From Antedon mediterranea (lineage: Eukaryota; Animalia; Echinodermata): 64,000 nucleotides of DNA. Location of the stretch: NCBI RefSeq assembly GCF_964355755.1, contig NC_092672.1, positions 24,131,237-24,195,236 of the forward strand, in the 5' to 3' direction. The number at the start of each line of letters is the position of its first letter. Position 1 is the stretch's first letter. Below, one piece after another: positions 1 to 12,400 of the stretch. The position numbers and the translations under genes were made by a program. The notes under the pieces were generated by a model. That model ran no database searches. It was not told where the DNA came from and saw only the letters and a list, made by a program, of their open reading frames with translations.

Positions 1-128
1 TAGGATGGCGTACATCAACTTTTTACGATCGTATGTTAACGTACGTGCATGTTTAAAAAAATTTAATTTCATTAAAATGATAAAAATGATCACCTATAAT
101 TCGTCAAAGTAACGAATTAAATTCTAGT
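1..128 (+). repeat. 3' end of a preceding family-A unit
   Basis: subTIR AAAATGATCACCTAT, hairpin (one mismatch) and TTCTAGT, matching the ends of A units at 39087, 42273 and 47240. Confidence 0.85.
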
Positions 129-1495
129 TAGGTGATCATTTAGAATAAAATGATCACCTATTGTTATTGTATGAAATCTTTATTATTTTTTTTCTTTCTG
201 TACACTTTTTGTGTAACAAATATCTCAAAAAGTTGAATAACAATGATCACAAAAATTTCACAATGTCTTTCAAATACTTTAACTTAGCCATAATAAGCTT
301 TTCAGCGTGATCACTGACCCGTGACGTCACGTATACGCCATTTTGTGAAATCACATTATCAATCATATATCCATAATTCATTATCACATATTTATGAAAT
401 TCACTACACGTAAACTTCAGGTCAAGGGTAAAAATATTAGCAAATAAAAACGCGCGCGCACGTAGGGTCATGCGCATGAAATCGCGCATTAAAAATTTAA
501 AAAGCTCAAAATTACGTTTTAATCAATTTAGAGCATGAATTAGGCCATTTGCGTGTTTCAAAAAATTACTGCGCAAAAAAATTATTTTGCGCGCGCGATA
601 CTTACAAAGTGTAAAAATTGCAATTTTTTATACAAATCGCATTCTACTCACCATCCTTAGTACATTCACCATATTTGAGTCAGTTCCGACTTAAAATAAC
701 GGTATACGAGCAGGTTAAAAATATCAAAATGCGCAAATTAATTGCATCAAAGTGATGAAAATGGTAAAAAATAAGGCCTTTTTAAAATGAATAAAACTCT
801 TCAGAATGGCAGGTGACCCCCAATTTTTTTAAATTATTCGGGAAGCCATTGGGTTGTAGATACATATTCATGTACACATTAGACGTACAAAATGGTATGA
901 CGTCATCAAATGGCCACTTCAATTTAAAAATTAGTAATTTTTATCTTTTTGTATGGGTTTTCACATTCAATAGAGCGCATCTCCGTTATTTTAGCTCGAT
1001 TTTCGGAGTAGTTTTAGTATGTGCTTGCTCAATTAATTATCTTTCTCAGGAGTTGTCAATATTTTTATTTTGATGACATCATCACGCGTAAAAACTTGAA
1101 TAACGTAGGTCGTGTAATTTCAGCTACACCTTACATTTGAATATATTATAGCTCTTCAGAATTAAAGGTGACCTTGAAGATTATAACTTATTATGAAAGC
1201 TGATGAAATGTAGATATGAATTAATATAAAAATTAAGCCTATCGGATGTTGTAATGTTATCATATGGCCAGTTGAAGTTAAAACGTTGTTTTTAATTTTC
1301 TTTAGTCGAAGTTATACAAATTTCAAAGAGCGCGCATTGCGCTTCTACGTGTCAAATTCTCTTTCAATCCTTATATTTATTTGCTCAATTCATTATCTTT
1401 CGAAATTGTCATCTTTGAGTTTATTTTGATAATTCCATCATACCGAAAAATTTGAACATGATGTGGGTCCAGTAATTTCACCTCTGCTACACTGT
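129..1495 (+). repeat. Family-A core sequence forming the left arm of the autonomous element
   Basis: Colinear with A units such as 45665-47240 up to ...GCTACACTGT at ~1495, then diverges into unique sequence. Confidence 0.9.
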
Positions 1496-2619
1496 CAGAT
1501 ACAGTAAATAGGCCTACTGTATAATATTTTATATACAGTATAAACTCATTACATATAAAAAATTAATAAACATACTAACGTACACATTGTTGAATGCGCA
1601 TCACGATACGTATTTACGTAATGTAAATAATTCGGATTTGTTTACTGTAATTGGCTAAATAATGAGTACCTTATAAATGTACTACCGAGAGTAGTACGTA
1701 AATGGAAAGCTAATGACGCCCCTATCGTCGTCGTCCTTGCAAACAAAAAGGGAGGTTGTTGTTGAGAATTGAAAGAAATCATCAATCGAGAATTTTTAAC
1801 CTAGGCATAGCCTATGCCTCGTTGGTGTTTGCCTAACACTTTAAATAACAGTTGAATATTTGTTAACAAAAAACATCGTTCATTCCAAGTGGATTGGTCA
1901 TTTTGTGGTAAGTTCAAGAATAGTCGGTTATACTAATAATCATTGTAGGCCTAAATTAACCGTACAGTATATGTTTTATTTTAACTCGGTGTCTTACACG
2001 TGAGTGAGTGACACCACCACCGTACCCAGCCAGACCAGGAGGAGTCAAGTCAAGTAGGCCTAGGCCTATTATGCGGCTTGTGCGGTTAGAAACCAAACAT
2101 TAATTAAAGAATAATTAATAATTTTATGAATATTGCTAATTTTACTATTACTAGCTCGTCGTGTCGTTTTAGTCCCGTTTTCTGTGTTGTTAGTTAGCCT
2201 CAGCAGCCTGGTTAGCTAGGGCCAGCTGGGCTAGGCCTACTACTTTACTATTTCTATTATAGCTAGGCCTAGTCTACTAGGCCCTACCTATATAATAAGC
2301 TATCTATAGGCCTAGGCTTACTGCACCCTAGGCCTAGACCACACTGATCTATATTGATTGGCCTACGCCACACTGATCTGTATTGATTGGCCTAACTAGG
2401 CCTAGCTAGGCCCTATATGTTAGGGACGGTAGTGAAATATTCTTCTGACCTAGGCCTAGCTAGGAAACACATTGCTCATTTATTTCAGTTGTGTACAGCA
2501 GCCTAACTATTCATGACTGATCTCTATTTATTAATTTATATTAAAATAATAATTAATCTAATGTAATAGGGACTGCATTGTAGGTCAATTGATAAGAGAT
2601 GTGTCATTCTATTCTATTT

Positions 2620-4930
2620 ACCCAACAATTACACTCCTCTATCCTATATATAGTCGTTAATTTCCATGGTAACTGGTCTAAGGTCACAAGGTACATTTAG
2701 AAATTTTTAATGTCAATAAACCGTATACTACTGTAAAAGCATACAGTAAAGTTAAATTATAGGACAATACAGTAGCAAATGTTAAAATAGTACAATCATC
2801 TTATTATACAATACAGTAGCAATAAAATGAGGATGTGCTTGTTTTTTTAAAGTAAAAATATTTCAACAATACAGCATTAACAAAAGGTTTTTAAGATGAT
2901 TTTATCTTTACACATAAAAATCACTATAGCATAATTATTGATCTTTATTTTTCTATAGAAGTTTTACTAGTCTGCAACATATAACCAAGCACGCGTTGCT
3001 CCAGTCTTCAATTATTTTCGCAAACAGATGTAAGTATCTGAAAGAACCTTCAACTTATATACACCCCCTCTATACAGTACTAAACCTATCCATGTGTGTG
3101 ACCTTAAATTATGTTGACAAAATGTAGGGGTTTTTTTTGCCTTACTATTGTAGTACAGTATGTATTAAGAAATTTGGATCTTCTTAATGCTCATAACACA
3201 CTGCTAAATTACACCCTTCTATATCCTATTACATCTAATGCGATTAATTTCCATGGTAACTAGTCTAAGGTTAACTGTTAGGAATGTCTTAATGTCATAA
3301 AATAAAATCATTCAAGAAACTGTATTCTAAGCATACAATAACATTAAACTAAATTAATTAAAATAAAAAAGTTTGCTGTAGGGTAAAATGTATTGGCTAT
3401 GTATAAGACTATAAGAGAACAATCTTTAGACTTGTGAAATACCATTGTTAGTATAAAGAATACAACCATCTCTAAAATAAATAAAAAAGAATAAAATAAT
3501 AATACTTTTTTTTAAGCTCCAATATTCAAACTATAAACAGCATAAAAAAATAACGATGCTTCTAAAAGATAATTTCTTTCAGATCAAAAGCCCGGGGGCT
3601 CACTCTTAAATATTTCCATACTGGGAGGTGCCGCATTTACGGGTATATTTTTGAGGGCCTGGTAGCACAAGTGTGGGAAAATATGGAGAGTTGGTAGCAC
3701 AAGTGTGGGAAATGACAGGGTGAAATTAGTAGTTTAAGTCCCTGACCCGCCCACCCGTGTAAAAATGTCACGATTTATCGCCAAATTTTGCAGGGATTGT
3801 AGCATACTGGATGCTATAAGCCTGGCTATATAAGCTCATCGAGGGGCCCATCGCTAAATACCTTTGAATAGAGTTTCCCCGAGAGTTTTCGCATCAGCAG
3901 AACACGAAACATAGCCGGCCTAGGACAAAATCATTCAACTGTGACCACTCTTGATCATATCGGTCATGCACAACGGGCGATAAACTTGTCAAAATTTGTC
4001 ATGAACAATGGTCTCTTTGGGCATGCGCAGATCATGCCGGGAACTAGTACAAATATTGCACCCTTTCTGGCGTGGCCTTTTTTCTGCCGTCTTTCTAGAG
4101 CACACTGTATTTTGGTAAATGATAGTTCAAGTCCGTAGTATTTTTCAGTAAAACAGGTAGCGCAAGTGCCTCATGTCTTGAAGTGGCTGCGGCACCCTCC
4201 CATTTGGTTTATATACAAGTGATCCATTGCTAGCATAAGAAAGACCCTTTTTTATATATACTGTAGGTTCTTTCATGTATTCATGACATTAATATCATCC
4301 TTCAAGTTGTGCATTACAGTTACACTATATTTTTGTGTATAGTATTTTTTAATCAATCTGTGAACATCTGGGATAATCTTAAAAAGATCATAGATCTGAA
4401 TGTATGTTTGTTAAAAACATCATTAACAAATTTGGTATTGTTAATGCTCACATACCAACACACCTATTTAACCAACAATGACATTCCTCCATCCTATTAC
4501 TGTACATACAGTATATAAAGATTAATTTCCATGGTAACTGGTCTAAGGTCATGAGGTACATGTAGAAATGTTTTAATGTCAAGAAACTGTATACTACTGT
4601 ATAAGCATACAGTAAAGTTGGACTATATATTGTTGAAATAGTACAACCATCTTATATAATATAATAGCAATAAAATGGGAATGTACTTGTTTTTTTAAAT
4701 AGAAATATTTCAACAATATACAGCATTAAAAGAAAATTTTTAAGATGATTTTATCTTTACACATAAAAATCACTATAGCATATAATTATTGATGTTTATT
4801 TTTCTATACAAGCCTGCAACATAATAACCAAGCACGTGTTGCTGCAGTCTTCAATTATTTTCAAAAACGGATGTCAGTATCTGAAAGAACCTTCAACTTA
4901 TATACACCCACTCTATACTAAGCCTATCCA
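2620..4930 (+). repeat. Internal direct duplication of ~470 bp (about 2620-3090 and 4470-4930, partial third copy about 3200-3580)
   Basis: Shared blocks such as TTAATTTCCATGGTAACT(G/A)GTCTAAGGT at ~2657, ~3244 and ~4523, and GTATCTGAAAGAACCTTCAACTTATATACACCC at ~3034 and ~4877. Confidence 0.8.
3591..4225. mobile_element. Non-autonomous TIR DNA transposon (MITE), degenerate
   Basis: Left end CCCGGGGGCTCACTC...TGGGAGGTGCCGC is an imperfect inverted repeat of right end GCGGCACCCTCCCA...AAGTGATCC. GC-richer than the flanks. Internal 20-bp duplication GGTAGCACAAGTGTGGGAAA. Confidence 0.6.
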
Positions 4931-5898
4931 TCATCCTCCAATCATTGGAGAAATGGTTGTGCATAACATTGCATTGTTATAAAATTATAAATGACGATTT
5001 TAAAAAGCAAATTAAGTTAGACTTTACTACAGTAGCACCTATTGTAGGTGACAATCAGCCTAATATAATATCAATTGCTACAAAAGCCATTACACATTCA
5101 ACTTAGAAATCATAAAGTCTGTTAAAACATATTCTAATAAATATTTTAACAGCAGTCTGAAATAGCAGTCTTAAATTTAAATCCCGGCTTTATAACGCCA
5201 ACTAATAATCATACAATAAAGCCTGTTGCCACAAAAACTAATGTAATCCTACATAAGGCTGCCCTGTAATGTATATGATCCAACATATTGTAATTGTCTT
5301 GACAGCAGTCTTAGAATTAAGTATTTTTATTTTTATAGAGAAATCTATTGTTAACGTCAGTTACTGCAACAACAAAATAGAACAAATCACATGTTTTTAT
5401 ATCCTTCAGTTATCTTCTGGTAAGTATCTTAAAATAATCTTAAAAACTGTTAAAAATATGTTGTATAAACAATATTACTGACTTCCACAATTTAAACAAT
5501 AACCAATGTCAAGATCTCTTAAACGATAAGAGACCATTCCAAATCCTTCTACAGATTAAGAAATATATGACGTTGTTTTGTTGAAAGGGAAAATTATGTG
5601 TTTATCCCCAAATTACTACAAAAGCTTAAAATTAGTTCTAGAACAATTTTTATAATTTCTTCATTCATAAGCCTATCTATATCATCATCATTGTCATTTC
5701 CAAAGTCAATTATTGTGCATGATGATGATTCAGCCAAGACTCTATTGGAATCTTGATATTCATTACTACATGACATAGGTTGTATTATCTTCTGTTCTAT
5801 CTCTTATTATGTTCTATCTTTTATTATGTTAGTGTAAATGTAAATTTATATTGTCTTCTCTTTTCAGATTGTTAAAGTGTCAGAAGATATTTTGTATA

Positions 5899-6170
5899 AA
5901 AGTCTGTTTGTTGACAACTCAACGACAATAGCCACTAGACTTTAACTAGTTGGTGAGTCAAATAGGAGTTGTGACGGCAGCAGATTCGAAAAAGTCTGTT
6001 TATGAACAACTCACGACAATAACCTCTAGAATTTAGCTAGTTGGTGAGTCAAAGAGGAGTTGACATAGGTAGCAAAGAGAAAGTCTGTTTATTGACAACT
6101 CAACGATAATAGCCACTAGACTTTTAGCTAGTTGGTGAGTCAAAGCAGAGTTGTAATAGGCAGCAGAGTA
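5899..6170 (+). repeat. Three tandem ~90-bp self-complementary repeats
   Basis: Unit AAAGTCTGTTT..GACAACTC...CTAGA..TT.A.CTAGTTGGTGAGTCAAA...GAGTTG starting at ~5899, ~5991 and ~6080. Confidence 0.85.
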
Positions 6171-6177
6171 AAAAGAG

Positions 6178-6320
6178 ATATCAGAATTTCAAAAGAGTTA
6201 TCAGAATTTCAAGAGTTATCAGAATTTCAAAAGAGCAACAGAATTTATCAGAATTTATCAATTGAACAAAGTTATCAGAATTAATCAGTATCTATCTATT
6301 TGCCTTGATCAGAATTTAAC
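6178..6320 (+). repeat. Short TATCAGAATT-type minisatellite
   Basis: About seven copies of (T)ATCAGAATT(T) with variable spacing. Confidence 0.75.
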
Positions 6321-6482
6321 TAGCAAATATTGAGAAAACAATTGTAATACGGAACTGCACTGACTTTAAAATAATTCATAATATAAATTAAAAAACGTAA
6401 ACAAAAACTTATTTAAACTTGAATTAATATTGTCTACAGATAAGTAAGTTTCATAGGAAATGAAATTTTTACTATCACAAAC

Positions 6483-9400
6483 ATGACATACAAAATCATG
6501 AAGTTGCACGGTGGAGGTGGTGAAAATAAACCTAGAAAAAAAGGTCGTTTTGTAAAAAATAAAACAAAAACAAGTTGTACTAATACAAATGACTCCTTGC
6601 ATAGCTTTAATGAACAAACTGGAGAAAAGAAAATGAACATCACAGATGAAAAGAAGACTGTACTTACAGATGGAAATACACATAATCAAACAAATATTAT
6701 TTCTCCAGATCAATACACAAATTGTCAAACATTTAATACAACTAATGAAGGTATTTCCAAAAATGAAATGAATTATGGTATTATAGCACGGGGAAGTTAT
6801 CATCAAGGTGATTACAGATTTCGAGAACTTGCAGGTAAACAATGCGTATCTAATTCTCTTATAGCTATGCTTTACTGTAAAATAAAAGATGGAAATGAAT
6901 TCAAAACTTTTGATCTCGATGAAATGCTATTACTAGGCAGTGAATTGTATTACTTCATTCAAAAAGATTCATCAATGAATGAAGAATTGTTAATGGTGTC
7001 AGAACTACCAAAAGAACTTCATATTTTAAATAACTCGTTTGAAATGAAATACAGTGAGGGACTTTATGGTACATTAGAAGGAACTGATGAAGGTGCATTC
7101 TTGTATGGAGCAAAATCATTAGGACAAGCCTTAGAATATGAATTATGCAAGTATGATGCATGTTTCATGACTTTTTATGGAAGTACTTTTGCTATAATCA
7201 AACGTCCTACTGGTTACTTTATATTTGATTCACATTCAAGAAATAATGAGGGCGTGTTAACAGAAAATGGACGTAGTGTGTTGCTGTACTTTTCATCTTG
7301 GCAAGGTATTCATAAACACTGTTTAACTTTAGCCAAATCAATGAATTGCCCCTTACATGCCACTCAGTTTGATTTAACAGGGATGAATGTATCTTTGAAA
7401 AGCAACAAAGATGAAAATGAATATGATTTACATATAAATGCGTCAAGAGCAACAAACCACTCTGAACAAGACACAGGTGTTGATAATTTATTTGATGATA
7501 TAGTAATTGATATTGAAAGTCATATTGACAAAAATGAATCATTTGATGCTAACAAATATTCAAAGGCACCTACATTAGATGAAAATGACACTTTATTTGG
7601 TAATATTGAAAGCCATATTAAAGAAAATGAATCATTTGAAACTAACAAATGTTCAAATCCACCTACATTAGATGACAGTGAAATTACATATGTTTCAACT
7701 GAAGTAATAACAGAGAGAACTGATAAGTATTTTAAATACCTACCACTACAAGTACATTCTAAAGAATTGTTGTGTCATAAATTAGGTATTGATTACAATG
7801 GTTCAAATTTTGATACACCATTTGACCATGAACATGAATATATTACAAAACCTACTGCTACTAAAAAAATAACTGGTGATGGAAATTGTTTTTACAGAAC
7901 AATTGCATATTTAATTAGTGGGACCGAAAGAAATCATTCTGTGTTCAGAAAAGCAAATGTAAAACACATGTTAGAAACTAATGACCGGTTTAAATGTACA
8001 TTAGACACACAGATATATAAAAGTGTAAAACAGTATGTATTCATGAATAAATTGATGAATTCCGGAACATGGGCTTGTGACACGGATATCATTTCGATGG
8101 CAAACATGCTGGACCGTGACATATATGCATACAATGACCAAACAGAACAATGGCAAATATTTTGTGCAAGAAAGCCAGGCTACTATAACGAAATTACAAC
8201 AGAAAGAGGTATATATATACAGTATACTGGAGGTAATCATTTTGAAGCAATTACAACAGTATCCACAATTAGTGAATCAAATGATGTTAAACAACCTGTG
8301 TACAACCATTTCAAATCCAAAGTGTCGATGAATGAATTTCCTTATACAAAAACTAAAAAAAGAAAATCAACAACAACTTATGAAGAAACTGATAAAAATT
8401 CATATTGTTTTGGTGAGGAATTTGAATCCATTTCCAAAAAAATTAAAACCATATGGGTTGATGATATTGATAAAACAAATCATGGGACAACCAAAAAAAG
8501 AAAAAGAAAAAAAAGTGATGCTGTAAAACGAAAACTAAATAAAGAGAAAATGAAAGCAAAACGTATCAAAAAACATTGTCAAAATGAACAAAATAAAACG
8601 ACATCACGTAAAAAGAAAAACGCAAATGCAATGAAAAAGAAATATCAAACTGATATTAACTATAAATTAAAGAAACAAAGTACAGAAAAAAGAGCACAAA
8701 GAGACAAATATCAAAATAATCCAGATTTCAAAGAAAACACCAAAACAGATAACAGAGAAAAATATCAAAATAATCCAGATTTCAAGGAGAAGGCCAAAAC
8801 AAATCAAAGAGAAAAATATCAAAATAATCCAGATTCCAAGAAAAAAAGCAAAACATATCAAAGAGAAAAATATCTAAATAATCCAGATTTCAAGGAAAAA
8901 AGCAAAACAAATCAAAGAGAAAAATATCAAAATAATCAAGATTTTAGACAGAAATTCAAACAAAAAATGAAAAACATATCAAAACAAAAATATCAAAATA
9001 TTCCACAACATAGGCAGAAAGTACTAGACAAAAATTTACAAAAAAGACAATGTGAAAAAGTAAAGAAAAAGACAATTGAATGTGTAATAACGAACTTCAG
9101 AAAATCCATATCCCATGGCCCCGAGTATGTCTGTTGTGTGTGTTTAAAACTTCTATTTGAAAATCAAGTTATGAAATGCATAAAGGCAAAGTATGAAATT
9201 CCATCATGCATCAACGAAAGCTATTTACATACTTGTAACAGTGAATGTAATAATGAATGTGAAATTGCTATGTCTTCTAGGAACTGTCTATGGATATGTT
9301 ACACATGTCATAGAAAATTAATAAAAGCAGAAATTCCTTCAGAAGCCTATACAAACAATTTGAAATTGCAAAATATTCCAGATGAACTTGAAACATTGAA

Positions 9401-12400
9401 CAATTTAGAACAGCATTTGATTGCAATAAATATTCCGTTCATGAAAATCATGCATTTACCCAAAGGTGGTCAACAAGGAATACATGGTCCAGTTGTTTGC
9501 GTGCCATCAAACACGGTTGAAACTGTTAACGTTCTACCTAGACCTGAAACGGACGATCAAATGATAAGAGTAAAATTAAAAAGAAAATTGTCTTACAAAG
9601 GTCATTATGAATATAAATACGTAAATAAGACAAAGGTCTTACAAGCTCTGCAATATTTGCATCAAAATAATAAGTGGTACTCTGACGTGGTTGTAAATGA
9701 AGAATGGAATAATGTTTTACCCGAAATAAGCCAAGACCTTGATGACAAATCTTTATCAGAAAATGAAGAGCAAGAGGAAGATTTTGATTCACGGCTGTCT
9801 GGAATTCAATTAGATACATGTCTACAACCAACTGATATGAGACAAGAAATACTAGATCATTATTTTGATGACATTTTCTGTTGCGCACCATGTGAAGGAA
9901 ATAGCCCTGTAGCACTTTTAAATAATAAATCACTGGAAGGAAAATGCTTTCCAACATTGTTTCCTACTGGACATTCAACATTCCATGATGCCAGAAATAT
10001 TAAATTAACCCTAGGCCGTTACTTCCATAATAAATTGTGTCATGTCGACAACAGATTTGCAAAAAATACAGAATACATTTTCTTTGCACAATGCCTTTAT
10101 GAAATAGAACAAGTATTGTCAAGTGTTTCTATTGCACTCAGAAAAAGTTCAGGTAAAAAAGATGATTTCACTTCAGTAAAAGCATCGGATTTCAAAAGCG
10201 CTTCTAAAGTCCAAGAAATTCTAAAATGTGATAGAGGTTATAAATTTCTTAAACAAATCAGAGGAACTTGTCCATACTGGCAGTCTACACAAAAAGATGT
10301 ACTAGCAATGGTGAGACAGCTTGGTAAACCAACATGGTTTGCATCATTTTCTTCAGCTGATATGAGATGGCCAGAGGTAATGAAAACGTTGTTGCTTGAA
10401 ACAGGTGACAAACGAAATATCAATGAATTGGAATGGGCAGACAAATGTACACTATTAAAATCCAATCCTGTAACAGTTGCACGAATGTTTGATAAAAGGT
10501 TTCATAACTTTTTGAGAAAAGTAATTCTATCTGATGCTCATCCTATTGGTAAAGTTATTGACTACTTTTTCCGTGTTGAATATCAAGCCAGAGGTTCACC
10601 ACATATTCATATGATTCTATGGGTTGAAAATGCACCTCAATTGGGAATTGACGAAAATGAAAAGGTAACAGAATTCATCGACAAATACGTATCTTGTAAA
10701 ATTCCATCATTAGATGAGGATAAAGAACTTCATGAAATTGTTTCTGGTGTTCAAACCCATTGTAAACGACACTCAAAGTCATGTAAGAAAAAAGGTACAA
10801 CATGTAGATTTAATTTTCCCAAACCACCATCTGAACAAACATTTATTATACAACGAAAAACCACGGATGTTGATAACAATGAAACTGAAAACAATGATAC
10901 GGATGAAAAAGACACTGCTAAAAATGAAGCTATAAAAGCAGCTAAAGATTTGTTGAAGAGTGTAAAAAGTGCACTTACTGGGGAAATACCTTACCAAGAC
11001 ACTAAACAACTATTTGAAAATTTGAATGTTACACAAACAGATTTCGAAGATGCTAATAATCTGATAGCCACAAAAGATGACTTTCTGTTACAAAGAAATC
11101 CTCAAGACGCTTGGGTTAATCAATATAATCCTTCTTTGCTAAGAGCCTGGAATGCTAATATGGACTTACAGTTTGTATCAAATGAGTATGCATGTGTCGC
11201 CTATGTTGTTTCATACATGTCAAAAGCTGAAAGAGAAATGGGACTACTTTTGTCACAAGCAGAAACTGAAATTAAAGATGGAAATGACGACGCTAAAGAA
11301 AGTCTTAGGGAACTTGGTAATATGTACATGCAAAATCGTGAAGTGTCTGCACAAGAAAGTGTTTATCGTGTTTGTAACCTCAGATTAAAAGAAGGTTCTA
11401 GAAAAGTAGAATTCATTCCTGTTGGACCTAATCCAGTAAGATTAAGTTTGCCAATAAATGTAATTCAAAACAAAGATGATGATGATGAAATCACTTGGTT
11501 GCCAAGTAAACTTGACAAATATAAATCACGACCCGACGGGCTAAACTTCGAAAAGATGTGTCTTGCAACATTTTGTTCCGAGTATAGAATACTCTCATCA
11601 TCAGAATATAATGGAAATAAGAAGAAACAAAATACATTTAGGTTAAAGAATAAATTGGGATATATACAAAAACGGACACGAAGCAATAATGCCGTCGTCA
11701 GATATCCTCGATTTAAACAGCATATAGCACCAGAAAAATACTATATGAGTATAATGCAACTTTTCCTTCCATTTCGTACGGATCAGCAATTAAAACCACC
11801 TTCCTTTATGGCATATGAAGACTTTTATGAAAAGGGTTCTGTTAAATTATTTGGGGAGGATCTGCAAACAGTAAGTTCCATTGTTACAGAAAACATGCAA
11901 CAATTTGAGCGTAATGCTGATGCTATTGAACAAGCACAGAACTATATAGATAAGTATGGACCACCAGAAGACGCTTGGGGATTGTTGTGTCCTGAAAGTG
12001 AATTAGACAGGCTAGAAAACCCAAAACCAAACATCGAAAATGATGATGAACAAGGCGAAAACATTATTCCGGATTTAGGACCCAAGGAAAAAGAACCGTA
12101 TAGATTAGAACATACAGAAAGTAGAATATCAAAACAGGAAAGCAACAATATGATCAGATGCCTAAATGACAAACAACAGAAAGTATTTTATGAAATAAGA
12201 CAGTGGTACTTAAACAAAGTGAACGGAAAACAGCCTGAACCATTTCATGTATTCATCACTGGAGGTGCTGGTGTTGGCAAGAGTCACTTGGTTAAATGTA
12301 TTTACAACGAAGGTACAAGAATACTTGGAAAAATGATGCAAAATCCAGACGATGTTTCAATTTTGAAAGTTGCTCCTACCGGAATTGCAGCATACAATAT

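Noticed and set aside
247-1073. Recurrent short ORFs in family A (MTPNFF..., ...FANIFTLDLKF...) and family B (M.LVRTFLRAHG..., MICNNQL...)
   Set aside because: They recur only because the repeat recurs. Most start at GTG/TTG, they are broken in other copies, and they have no recognisable motifs.
5899-6320. Possible CRISPR-like repeat-spacer array
   Set aside because: The units are homologous along their whole length with no unique spacers, there are no cas genes, and the context is eukaryotic.
6483-7400. Endogenous herpesvirus suggested by the tegument-like domain
   Set aside because: The domain is fused in frame to RepHel and no other herpesvirus genes are present.
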